IMG/VR virus record: IMGVR_UViG_3300033153_013649
Span: 95,838-159,837 of that record
Length of the DNA: 64,000 nt
From: a virus
Reading direction: 5' to 3' (one strand)
Under the pieces are notes generated by a model. The model was not told the origin of the DNA, searched no databases, and worked only from the letters and a program-made list of their open reading frames with translations. Positions 1 through 8,304 of the stretch are shown in pieces; position 1 is the stretch's first letter, and each line of letters opens with the position of its first letter. The position numbers and the translations under genes are program-made.

Positions 1-1
1 T

Positions 2-283
2 CATAGGAAAACGTATGAGTTATCTATTAGAGATCTTGTTATAAATCATTTAATATCTCTTAATTTGAATTCTGGTGTAGCTAAAGTTTTTTTACCTTAT
101 TTAGATGAAAAACTCATTAGATTAATGGCTAAGATTCCATTAAAATGTAAAGTGGATACTAAGATTAGAAAAAAAGTTGTAGTAGAAATTGCTAGAAAAC
201 TTAATATACCTCAAGAGATTATAGAACGAAATAAATATGGTTTTTGTGATGCTTTTTTAATGAAAGATAAAGGAAGAAAATGA
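2..283 (+). CDS. Asparagine synthase-like C-terminal domain (partial, runs in from the window edge)
   Basis: Frame open from base 2; PYLD..L...IP..K...K......IP..II.RNKYGF resembles the C-terminus of AsnB-type domains. Confidence 0.6.
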   Translation, partial: HRKTYELSIRDLVINHLISLNLNSGVAKVFLPYLDEKLIRLMAKIPLKCKVDTKIRKKVVVEIARKLNIPQEIIERNKYGFCDAFLMKDKGRK

Positions 284-486
284 AATCCTTGAAATTAAAT
301 AAAGAGAAAGACGAGATTAGAAAGCCTCAAGATAAAGATAAACCGGAAAAAATTGATAAAAAAGACAAGGATTTTGAAGTTGAAAAAAAGAAGATCAAAA
401 AAGAAATAAAAGAAAAGATTCAAAAGGTTGAACTTTCGTTTGGAGATTTGATTGAAGAAGAAATAGAAAAGAGAGAAAAGGGGTAA
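280..486 (+). CDS. Lys/Glu-rich hypothetical protein with a leader-like motif (SFGDLIEEE) near its C-terminus
   Basis: ORF track; ATGA overlap with the previous gene. Confidence 0.6.
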   Translation: MKSLKLNKEKDEIRKPQDKDKPEKIDKKDKDFEVEKKKIKKEIKEKIQKVELSFGDLIEEEIEKREKG

Positions 487-490
487 AATT

Positions 491-718
491 ATGCCTTATA
501 CAAAAACTGATTATCCGGATGCAATAAAAAATCTCAAAGAAGGAGCAAGAAATAAATGGATTGAGGTTTTTAATGCCGTTTTTGACGAAAAGGGAGACGA
601 AGATACAGCAAGAATGGCTGCTTGGAAAGTAGTTAAAGACAAATACGGAAAAGATTATATGAAAGAATCAATAACCTTTGAAGAAGTTATTAGAGAACAA
701 CTAAGAAAAATTAAATAA
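491..718 (+). CDS. ChaB-family protein
   Basis: MPY...YPDAIKNL...AR..W...FNA......DE..A...AW..VK..Y matches the ChaB pattern. Confidence 0.75.
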   Translation: MPYTKTDYPDAIKNLKEGARNKWIEVFNAVFDEKGDEDTARMAAWKVVKDKYGKDYMKESITFEEVIREQLRKIK

Positions 719-732
719 AGGAAAAATATATT

Positions 733-924
733 ATGAGATATTCGGAATTAATTAGAGAAGCAATACACGAAGAAAAAGGCGATAAGAAGGAATATCAAGC
801 ATTTTTCAGAAAAGCTCTCAAAAAATTTGGTGTAACTGAACCAGATCAATTAGAAGGAGATAAGAAGAAAGAATTTTTTGATTATATCGATAAGAACTGG
901 AGCGCGAAATCAGAAACTGATTAG
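733..924 (+). CDS. Small head/internal protein with CTS-like leader
   Basis: Starts MRYSELIRE; YQAFF..ALKKFGV..P..L....KKEFFDYIDKNW resembles small T4-like prohead proteins. Confidence 0.7.
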   Translation: MRYSELIREAIHEEKGDKKEYQAFFRKALKKFGVTEPDQLEGDKKKEFFDYIDKNWSAKSETD

Positions 925-943
925 AAAATTTATAAGGAAAAAT

Positions 944-1171
944 ATGAAATATAGAGAAATATTAAATGAAGGATTCTTTTCAGAATTTCAAATTGTAGCT
1001 GGGGATTATTTCGGGGATAAATTCGTAAAAGATATGATGAAGATCAGCCGGAAAGAATCAGATTTAGTAAAAATCATATTAGCTACGGCTAAAAAACATA
1101 AAATTGAAAAAGATAATCAGAAACTTAAAGCTTTATTAAAGATGGCTGGTATGGTAAAAGGAAATATATAA
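944..1171 (+). CDS. Putative internal protein with CTS-like leader (start moved from 878)
   Basis: AAGGA RBS, then MKYREILNE. Confidence 0.7.
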   Translation: MKYREILNEGFFSEFQIVAGDYFGDKFVKDMMKISRKESDLVKIILATAKKHKIEKDNQKLKALLKMAGMVKGNI

Positions 1172-1293
1172 TGAATCATTCAGAAATATTAGAAGCAGAA
1201 TTAAAAGATGAAAAATTTTTTATTTATTTGATCAAAAACCGAATTATTAGAAAAAAATCAAAAGATCTTTTTAAAAAGAATAACAGAACTTAA
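1171..1293 (+). CDS. 40-aa peptide with CTS-like leader (not in ORF track)
   Basis: MNHSEILEAE; TAATG overlap with the upstream stop. Confidence 0.5.
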   Translation: MNHSEILEAELKDEKFFIYLIKNRIIRKKSKDLFKKNNRT

Positions 1294-1296
1294 AAA

Positions 1297-1539
1297 ATGA
1301 AATATCAAGAAGCTTTAGAGAGTAGATTTGATATGAGTAGTCGTAAAAGGATTAAAAGAGATCCCAAAAAGATTATGGTTACTTTAAAAAAGAATTATCC
1401 AAATATTAAATTTGAATTGAAAGATAATGTTTTATATGGAAATAAAAATCAATTAGGATCTTATCATTATGGATCTGGAAACGAATCGATTCAAGCTATT
1501 ATAGCTAAAATGAAAATGTTAGGACTTATTAAAAAGTAA
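1297..1539 (+). CDS. Putative internal protein with CTS-like leader
   Basis: MKYQEALE. Confidence 0.65.
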   Translation: MKYQEALESRFDMSSRKRIKRDPKKIMVTLKKNYPNIKFELKDNVLYGNKNQLGSYHYGSGNESIQAIIAKMKMLGLIKK

Positions 1540-1555
1540 AGGACCGAAAAATATT

Positions 1556-1978
1556 ATGAAATATAGAGAAATACTTGAAGGATTGAATCTTTCAGCTGCA
1601 ATTAAATCTCTTAAAATGGAAGAAGATCTTAAAACTCTTGCTAAAAAAAATCCGGGTAAAACAGGGAAACAATTAAAAAGAGAAATCATAACAATTGCTT
1701 CTAAATATATTGGAAAGTCTGAAATTAAAGATGTACATATTAAAGATCTAACACAGGAAGCTATAAAAGAATTTGATCGGATAATTAAAAAAGAAAAAAT
1801 AAGTGAAAAACTCGAACCTAATTGGATTATAGTTTTTAAGAATGGAAAAACTTTAGATATTAATAATGAACCAACAAACGTACCTTCTGAAACAGAGTAT
1901 TTTCAAACAGAGAAGGAAGCAATTAAGAGATTTAACAAGTTGAAGCTAAAAGGAAAAGCGGAAATAATAGAGGTATAA
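1556..1978 (+). CDS. Putative internal protein with CTS-like leader
   Basis: MKYREILE. Confidence 0.65.
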   Translation: MKYREILEGLNLSAAIKSLKMEEDLKTLAKKNPGKTGKQLKREIITIASKYIGKSEIKDVHIKDLTQEAIKEFDRIIKKEKISEKLEPNWIIVFKNGKTLDINNEPTNVPSETEYFQTEKEAIKRFNKLKLKGKAEIIEV

Positions 1979-1984
1979 AATAAA

Positions 1985-2134
1985 ATGAAATTCGGGGAGA
2001 TTGTGAATGAAGTAAATATTGATGCTATTAGATTAAATCAACTTACTAAATATGCTAGAACTAATAAAAAAGCTAAATATCAGATTTTAAAAAAGTTAAA
2101 AGAATTAATATTAAATATTGAAAAGGAAATCTAA
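1985..2134 (+). CDS. 49-aa peptide with CTS-like leader (not in ORF track)
   Basis: MKFGEIVNE; TAATG coupling to the next gene. Confidence 0.55.
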   Translation: MKFGEIVNEVNIDAIRLNQLTKYARTNKKAKYQILKKLKELILNIEKEI

Positions 2135-2319
2135 TGAATTTTGGTGATATTATAAACGAAGCTGCTTATCCAGGAAATATTGGATTTCAAGAATTAATAA
2201 ATTTTTATCGTGTAGCAAATAAAACTCAGATGAAAAAAATGCAAAACCTTATCGAAAAAGAAGATTGGTTAGGATTTAAAAAATTAATTCGAAAAACCTT
2301 AGGGATTAATTTACAATAA
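2134..2319 (+). CDS. Putative internal protein with CTS-like leader
   Basis: MNFGDIINE. Confidence 0.65.
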   Translation: MNFGDIINEAAYPGNIGFQELINFYRVANKTQMKKMQNLIEKEDWLGFKKLIRKTLGINLQ

Positions 2320-2340
2320 AATACAAAGAAGTTTTTTATT

Positions 2341-2592
2341 ATGAGATATTCGGAGATAATCGAAGAAGAAATTTTAAATGAAGGTAAACTCCTTACAGGA
2401 ATTATGATAGCTTTGGTATTATTTAAAGCTGCTGGAATGATTAATCGTACTGAATCAGATCCTATTACTCGTAAAGTTGCAGCAAAAATAACTAAATTAT
2501 CAGATGAAGAATTAGAAAAATTAAAATATAAATTTAATTTTAAAATTGATAAAAAAGAAGCAATTAAAACCTTAAAAAAATTGGGGTTCTAA
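2341..2592 (+). CDS. Putative internal protein with CTS-like leader and a hydrophobic helix
   Basis: MRYSEIIEEEILNE followed by LLTGIMIALVLF. Confidence 0.65.
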   Translation: MRYSEIIEEEILNEGKLLTGIMIALVLFKAAGMINRTESDPITRKVAAKITKLSDEELEKLKYKFNFKIDKKEAIKTLKKLGF

Positions 2593-2772
2593 AAATGAAA
2601 TTAAATAATTATCAACCGAATTTATGGGATACCCCCGAATTGTATAGAAATTCAAAGAAATCCTCGAGAGAGGAATACTGAAGATAATTTAAATTGTAAT
2701 GATCTTAATGGAATCTTCAGTTAGAGAATTCCATTTTTTATTTGAATAAAATTAAAATATAAAGGAAATAAT

Positions 2773-2877
2773 ATGAGTTCAGGACGTACAGCTAAAATAA
2801 AGAAACGGGAAAAGAAAAGGGTTCATCTTGAAAATATTAAACGAAAAAAAGAAATCAAAAAAGCAAAAAAAGATTGA
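2773..2877 (+). CDS. Very basic 34-aa peptide
   Basis: AAGGA RBS; MSSGRTAKIKKREKKRVHLENIKRKKEIKKAKKD. Confidence 0.45.
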   Translation: MSSGRTAKIKKREKKRVHLENIKRKKEIKKAKKD

Positions 2878-2902
2878 CAAATAAAGAATTATTTAGTATA
2901 TT
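2874..2902 (+). promoter_or_regulatory. Early sigma70-type promoter heading the tRNA island
   Basis: TTGACA-N17-TATATT with conserved TTTAG before the -10 box. Confidence 0.8.
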
Positions 2903-3092
2903 TAGTACATGGGTTCTTTGAAATTTTAAGCTATAGTTTAATATAGATTCAAGAGACATACTGGTATAACTATAGCTAGGCCAAACTATAGTTTGGCTTC
3001 CGGGATGAAGGAAGATTTGGCGGTACTAAATAATTAATCTAACTTGAATCGGATTTAAAAACCGACCTTCTAAAAAAAGGTAACCGCCATTT

Positions 3093-3164
3093 GGAATCGT
3101 GGATCATTGGTAGATCACCTGTCTGTCGAACAGGTTTAAATGGGTTCGATTCCCATCGATTCCG
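3093..3164 (+). tRNA. tRNA-Asp(GTC)
   Basis: Cloverleaf; CCTGT-CTGTCGA-ACAGG anticodon arm; TTCGATT T-loop. Confidence 0.9.
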
Positions 3165-3200
3165 CTTCCGCAAACATATAAGTTTTTTATCAAATTTTTT

Positions 3201-3274
3201 GCTGCCGTAGCTCAAGAGGGTAGAGCGTCTCACTTGTAATGAGAAAGTTGGGGGATCGTGGCCTCCCGGTAGCT
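3201..3274 (+). tRNA. tRNA-Thr(TGT), atypical T-loop ATCGTGG
   Basis: GCTGCCG/CGGTAGC acceptor; TCTCA-CTTGTAA-TGAGA. Confidence 0.85.
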
Positions 3275-3285
3275 CGAGAATTATT

Positions 3286-3363
3286 CTAGAAGTGAAGGAG
3301 TCTGGCTTTCCTTGTCCGCTTTGGAAGCGGGATATCTCGTCGGTTCGAATCCGGCCTTCTAGA
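3286..3363 (+). tRNA. tRNA-Pro(TGG)
   Basis: CTAGAAG/CTTCTAG acceptor; TCCGC-TTTGGAA-GCGGG. Confidence 0.9.
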
Positions 3364-3453
3364 CAAAGGTTTCGAGGGTTAAATCCTTGAAATTATTAAT
3401 TTCTAAAATAAAACCCCTTAAGATTAATAGATCCGTAGACAACTACATAATTC

Positions 3454-3534
3454 GGAACGGCGTTCAACGGTGAGATAAGCTGACTGTAAATCAGTGGCCT
3501 ACGTGCTTTGATGGTTCGAATCCATCCCGTTCCA
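3454..3534 (+). tRNA. tRNA-Tyr(GTA)
   Basis: GGAACGG/CCGTTCC; GCTGA-CTGTAAA-TCAGT; long variable arm. Confidence 0.9.
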
Positions 3535-3539
3535 CAATT

Positions 3540-3612
3540 TCCTGGGTAGTTTAATTGGAAGAACGCTGCACTGTTAATGCAGATGATGAAAGTTCGATTC
3601 TTTCCCCGGGAG
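3540..3612 (+). tRNA. tRNA-Asn(GTT)
   Basis: TCCTGGG/CCCGGGA; CTGCA-CTGTTAA-TGCAG. Confidence 0.9.
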
Positions 3613-3620
3613 CTTTTATT

Positions 3621-4028
3621 ATGATAAAATATTTTAAAAAAAATCCTCATATTCTTAAAGCGATAAATATTTTAGAAATAAATTATAGAGCTGGATCTGA
3701 TATTTTATTTGGTATAAATAAATTCAAAGAATTATTTATTAATATTCAAAAGGAAGGAATAAAATATCCTATAATTTGTGTTCTAGATATTAATAAAGAT
3801 TTTAAAATAAGATTTGGTAATAGAAGAGTAATTATAGCAAGACTTCTAAGAATTAAAGAAGTTCCAGTTCTTTTATATTATAATAAAAAAGAAAAGGGAA
3901 TTCTGCCTATTGATAATATAAAAGGGAGGACTGTTACTAAAGAAGAATTATGTATGTTCTTTGAAAACGATAAAAATATTCCTGGACTAAAATATCTTTT
4001 GGAGATTTTTAATGATAGTATATGCTGA
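3621..4028 (+). CDS. ParB/Srx-like domain protein (start moved out of tRNA-Asn)
   Basis: L..NIQKEGIKYPI...IRFGNRRVIIARLL.IKEVPV. Confidence 0.7.
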   Translation: MIKYFKKNPHILKAINILEINYRAGSDILFGINKFKELFINIQKEGIKYPIICVLDINKDFKIRFGNRRVIIARLLRIKEVPVLLYYNKKEKGILPIDNIKGRTVTKEELCMFFENDKNIPGLKYLLEIFNDSIC

Positions 4029-4497
4029 ACCGGAAGTTAAAGAAGTGATATTAAGATTTTCTTTTAAAAAAGAGAATTATAATAAAACTCAAACTCTTGA
4101 TATAGAAATAAAGAATTATAAAAAGTTAAAAAGTAATATTATAAAATACGGAATAGTTCATCCTTTAATTGGTAATAGTTTATATAAAAATAATAGAAAT
4201 TATCCTTATGTTATAAAATATGGAATTAGAAGATTTCATATTGCAAAAGAACTCGGTATACAAAGAATTCCAATATTGATATATGATTTACCTATATTAG
4301 AAGAATCCAAGAAGATAAATTGTAAATATAAATATAAAATCAATAATATGGAAGATTTATCAAAGTTATTTAAAGCTCATATTTCTAATTATCAAGTTCC
4401 AGATAATCTTATTACTCCAGGGTATGAAAATATTCCAGCAGGATTAAAAATTTTTATTAATTTATATAATACTTATCAAGAGGATTTATTCAAATGA
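4012..4497 (+). CDS. ParB/Srx-like domain protein (MIVYAEP family)
   Basis: L..NIIKYGIVHPLIG...YGIRRFHIAKELGIQRIP. Confidence 0.7.
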   Translation: MIVYAEPEVKEVILRFSFKKENYNKTQTLDIEIKNYKKLKSNIIKYGIVHPLIGNSLYKNNRNYPYVIKYGIRRFHIAKELGIQRIPILIYDLPILEESKKINCKYKYKINNMEDLSKLFKAHISNYQVPDNLITPGYENIPAGLKIFINLYNTYQEDLFK

Positions 4498-4952
4498 TAG
4501 TATACGCTGAACCAGATCCTTGGAAAGCTCAACCTAAAGATATATTTCGAAAAGATTTTAATATCGGTGGTCCGACAATGACTTCGAAAGAAGGATTTCA
4601 GAAATTAGAAAATAATATCAGAGAAAATAGAATGTTTCATCCTTTGATAGGAATAGCTTTACAAAATTGTCCATGGATTATTCAAATGGGAAATAGAAGA
4701 CTACTGATCGCTCGAAGATTAAAAATGGAAAAAGTTCCGATGATTATATATAGCCTTCCCCCTCTTGTACATCCTCGAGTGCATCCAAAACCAGGAACTT
4801 ATATAAAAAGAATTAAAGATTTTGAAGAAATTACAGCTTTGTTTTGTAAGGAAGGATTAGATTTTCCCGAAGAGAGTCGACGCAGAGACGGAGTCCCGCA
4901 TGGATTACAATTAATGAAAGATTTATTTAGAAAATGTGTTGACTTTGATTAA
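4494..4952 (+). CDS. ParB/Srx-like domain protein (MIVYAEP family)
   Basis: LENNIREN.MFHPLIG...MGNRRLLIARRLKMEKVP. Confidence 0.7.
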   Translation: MIVYAEPDPWKAQPKDIFRKDFNIGGPTMTSKEGFQKLENNIRENRMFHPLIGIALQNCPWIIQMGNRRLLIARRLKMEKVPMIIYSLPPLVHPRVHPKPGTYIKRIKDFEEITALFCKEGLDFPEESRRRDGVPHGLQLMKDLFRKCVDFD

Positions 4953-5030
4953 GTACTCGTAGCCAAGTGGTTTCACGGCAGCGGTCTGCAAAACCGTTAT
5001 ATATCGCGGGTTCGAATCCCGCCGAGTACT
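4953..5030 (+). tRNA. tRNA-Cys(GCA)
   Basis: GTACTCG/CGAGTAC; GCGGT-CTGCAAA-ACCGT. Confidence 0.9.
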
Positions 5031-5046
5031 CTATTATATTTCTAAA

Positions 5047-5117
5047 CGTGCCTGAGCTAAAACAGCTAATAATATTTCAAATCTCGTGAAGGTGGGTTCG
5101 ATTCCTCCCAGGCGCGC
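5047..5117 (+). pseudogene. Degenerate tRNA-like element (acceptor stem and T-loop kept, anticodon stem unpaired, loop TT-TCA-AA)
   Basis: CGTGCCTG/CAGGCGCG; AGCT-AAAAC-AGCT mini D-arm; GGTTCGATTCC. Confidence 0.5.
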
Positions 5118-5137
5118 AAAATTAATTAAAAAAGAGG

Positions 5138-5167
5138 TTGACAAACTATTATAGGATTTAGTACATT
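5138..5167 (+). promoter_or_regulatory. Early promoter
   Basis: TTGACA-N18-TACATT with TTTAG. Confidence 0.75.
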
Positions 5168-5181
5168 ATTATAAAAATTAT

Positions 5182-5318
5182 AAGGCATAGAGAGTTCCTT
5201 TTAATTATCACTCCCATAGAATAATACTCTCCGCCTTTAAATTTTTAGAGTAAAAACAAAAGGGGTTCCTATTTGAATCGATTGAGAGTCAACAATTACC
5301 CCTCGTTTGAAACTCTAA
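5182..5318 (+). ncRNA. Two tandem bulged stem-loop RNA elements in the leader of the TerD-type gene
   Basis: AAGGC-ATA-GAGAGT-TCCT...ACTCTC-C-GCCTT and AAAC-AAA-AGGGGT-TCCT...ACCCCT-C-GTTT share architecture with compensatory changes. Confidence 0.55.
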
Positions 5319-5336
5319 TAAAGGGGAAATAAAAAA

Positions 5337-7256
5337 ATGAAAGCAACAATAAAATTATTTAGAGCTGTTGAAATCAAAGATAAATATAAGACACGCTTAA
5401 ATAAAAGATTATTGCCAAAAACTGTAAGATCTGGATTTATATTTGCCCCTGAAGTAATCGGAAATTATTCTGAAGAGGAACTCGATGATTTATTTGAAAT
5501 AGTAGATAAAGAAATCGGATTATCTGCTGAACAAATGAATACATCCTTTCATAAATCTTGGAATAAAGTAAAAGAAGCAAGTATCGAACAATTAGTTTTA
5601 GAACAATTAGTTCACTATATTACGACTTATGGTTTCGAACACGCGGGACTTTATGATAAAGATTCTGTATATATTCCTAATGAAATTCTTGAAGTTCCAG
5701 AACTTGAAGATGGTATACGCTTAAGAGTTATCAAAGGATATACAAAAGAAGAATTAAAAGATAAATTGTTATCTTTGATCGGTTCAGGAATAGCTCTTAA
5801 AGAAGATACAGTAAATGATATACTTGAAGTTGCTGTTCAAATTGGAATAAATGAAGAAGATATAGATCAGATAAAGAATAAAGAAATTAAAGTTGCTCTT
5901 TATGACCGTTTAGGATTATTTCCAGAAAATCCAATTGAATTTTTAAGATATGTTGTTTATAAAACCATCGGAAAAACTCTTTTAATTAAAGATAATGATA
6001 CTATAACAGCAATTAAAGAAGCAGATATAGGAAAAAACTCAGACTTATTTTTTGAATATATAAATAAGTACGGTTTAGAAAAATTAGCTCAAGTATTCTT
6101 TAGATTTAAACCAATTTTTCTTGCTTTCAAAACAGATAATAAAATAAGAGAAAGCGGAATCATTAATAGAATAAGAAAACTTGCTAATATATATCATAAA
6201 CCAATGCCAGAAGATTTTTTGAATGAAATTACTTCTAAGATTGCAAAAAAAGAAGAAATTGATATTAATAAATTAAATAAAGAACTTGATAGAGTAAATA
6301 TATTTAGAAAAATCCGATTAGCTTATGCTTTAAAATACAGAACTTTAGAAACTGAATCAATTCTTTATAGACTTAGAAACGGGAAAGGATATGCTAAACC
6401 TTTTTCATATACAGGTAGCAAAACAGTTGTAAATAATATATTAAATCTTATACTTAATTCAATTTCTAATGATATTGCAAAAAACGTAAAAGGAAAGAAA
6501 ATATATATTCCTGACAATATGATTTATGCTCTTCCAGCAACAGAAAAACAGTTTACAGGGGAATTTCCTTCTGGTAGTTACATTTCAATTCCAAAAGATA
6601 TGGTAATGGGGATATTTTGGAAGAATGTTAAAAAAGATGGAATTAGACATAGAATCGATTTAGATCTTTCAATAATAAATGCAACAGATAAATTTGGATG
6701 GGATGCTGATTACAGATCACCTACTAGAGAGATTCTTTTTTCTGGAGATATAACAGATCCTCCAAAAAAAGGAGCTACCGAATTATTTTTTATTGCAAAA
6801 CAAAGTTTAGATTTTTATATTGTTTTTGTAAATTATTATAATTTTCTAGAAAATTCAGGAATAGAAGTTCCAATGCAAATATTAATTGCTCAAGAAGAAA
6901 TAAAAGATAAAAAAGCAGCTCGTAATTATACTGTTAATCCTAATAATGTAATAGCTACAGCAAATACTTCGATTAATAAAAGTCAGAAACTGTTAGGCTT
7001 TCTTGTTACAACTACTGGAGGATCGAAATTCTATTTTGCGGAAACATATTTAGGAAAAACAATAACTGCTGATTCTACATGTGAACTTGTTAAACACGGA
7101 AGACAGTTTCTTTTTGATTTTTATAGAAATACTATTAATTTAAATGATATGTTGTGCGATGCAGAGGCTGAAATTGTAGAAGATAGGGAAGAAGCTGATA
7201 TTGATTTATCTCCAGAAAATCTTGAAAAAGATACAATAATCAATTTGATTAGTTAA
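5337..7256 (+). CDS. Large helical protein with C-terminal TerD-like domain
   Basis: G.FPSGS...GIFW...RIDLDLS...GWDADYR...LFSGDITD...GATELF...VNYYN are TerD-type motifs. Confidence 0.65.
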   Translation: MKATIKLFRAVEIKDKYKTRLNKRLLPKTVRSGFIFAPEVIGNYSEEELDDLFEIVDKEIGLSAEQMNTSFHKSWNKVKEASIEQLVLEQLVHYITTYGFEHAGLYDKDSVYIPNEILEVPELEDGIRLRVIKGYTKEELKDKLLSLIGSGIALKEDTVNDILEVAVQIGINEEDIDQIKNKEIKVALYDRLGLFPENPIEFLRYVVYKTIGKTLLIKDNDTITAIKEADIGKNSDLFFEYINKYGLEKLAQVFFRFKPIFLAFKTDNKIRESGIINRIRKLANIYHKPMPEDFLNEITSKIAKKEEIDINKLNKELDRVNIFRKIRLAYALKYRTLETESILYRLRNGKGYAKPFSYTGSKTVVNNILNLILNSISNDIAKNVKGKKIYIPDNMIYALPATEKQFTGEFPSGSYISIPKDMVMGIFWKNVKKDGIRHRIDLDLSIINATDKFGWDADYRSPTREILFSGDITDPPKKGATELFFIAKQSLDFYIVFVNYYNFLENSGIEVPMQILIAQEEIKDKKAARNYTVNPNNVIATANTSINKSQKLLGFLVTTTGGSKFYFAETYLGKTITADSTCELVKHGRQFLFDFYRNTINLNDMLCDAEAEIVEDREEADIDLSPENLEKDTIINLIS

Positions 7257-7295
7257 TATAATAAATAATATCGTCTATTGGATTTAAAATTATAT

Positions 7296-7370
7296 GGTAT
7301 TCGTAGACAAACAGGTAAAGTCGTTCGGCTGTGACCCGAATCAATATGGGTTCGAATCCCATCGAATACC
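7296..7370 (+). tRNA. tRNA-His(GTG) with encoded G-1
   Basis: GGTATTCG/CGAATACC; TTCGG-CTGTGAC-CCGAA. Confidence 0.9.
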
Positions 7371-7403
7371 CACCAAGAAGGTTAAAATTACAAAGAGAAA
7401 ATT

Positions 7404-7700
7404 ATGGATATTATAGAAAATGGAACGAGAGTATTTGTAGTAAATTTTGAAGATAATGAATTAGAAATTTTTGATGGAACTATCGAAGGACCGACTTTTT
7501 TAAAAGATGAATTAACTCATTATGGAATAAGATTACCTCAAGTATATCAACAACCGGCGGAGATTGTACAGAGTCTTAAAGAAAACGTATTTGTTACTAA
7601 AAAATTAGCTTATGAAAGGGCAATATATCTTTTAGAAGAAAGAATTAAAGATTTTTCAAAAAAAATCGAAGTTCTTAGTTCACAATTAAGGTCAGAATAA
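7404..7700 (+). CDS. Hypothetical protein
   Basis: ORF track. Confidence 0.6.
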   Translation: MDIIENGTRVFVVNFEDNELEIFDGTIEGPTFLKDELTHYGIRLPQVYQQPAEIVQSLKENVFVTKKLAYERAIYLLEERIKDFSKKIEVLSSQLRSE

Positions 7701-7719
7701 AATATATAGGAGTTTTATA

Positions 7720-8181
7720 ATGTTTTTATTTTCATATATGTTATTACTTAGCTTGTTTTCTATTATTATTGGATTATTTTTTGGAATAACGGATGCTTAT
7801 ATATCAAGAAGAAAAGAAGATTCAGATAATATAGGATGGGATTATCCTTTTTGGGTTAAAAAATATATTCATATTTGGTGGCTAGGGGGTTTGATATTAA
7901 ACTTTTCTTTTATTTATTGGTTAGCTATTTTATCTCCGTTTAATATAATAAAAACTTTTTTGATAATGATGACGATTTTTTTTGCATTATCTGGATTATG
8001 TTGGGATATAACTTTTGCATATATCAAAACTGGAAAATTAATAACGGAGAAAACGATGCAATGGTGGTTAAGTATTCCGGGGATTATTAGAATAAGTTTT
8101 AAGACAAGAAAAGATGTAATAAGATTTCATATTATGAGAATAATTATTTTATTAGGTATGTGGGTATATGCATATATTTAA
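7720..8181 (+). CDS. Multi-pass membrane protein
   Basis: About four hydrophobic segments; AGGAG RBS. Confidence 0.65.
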   Translation: MFLFSYMLLLSLFSIIIGLFFGITDAYISRRKEDSDNIGWDYPFWVKKYIHIWWLGGLILNFSFIYWLAILSPFNIIKTFLIMMTIFFALSGLCWDITFAYIKTGKLITEKTMQWWLSIPGIIRISFKTRKDVIRFHIMRIIILLGMWVYAYI

Positions 8182-8304
8182 ATAAAACCAAAGTTTCTAT
8201 TTATTGTTCAAAGAATTATATTGTAATAATACGTGTTGGGTCTTCTCATTCGATTTCGATGAAGGGGAAGATCCAACTCGTTGAATTAATATGGTTTAAA
8301 GAAT

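Noticed and set aside
3039-3650. Minus-strand ORFs 3039..3233 and 3396..3650, and the 5' part of ORF 3555
   Set aside because: They overlap well-formed tRNA genes and are shadow frames
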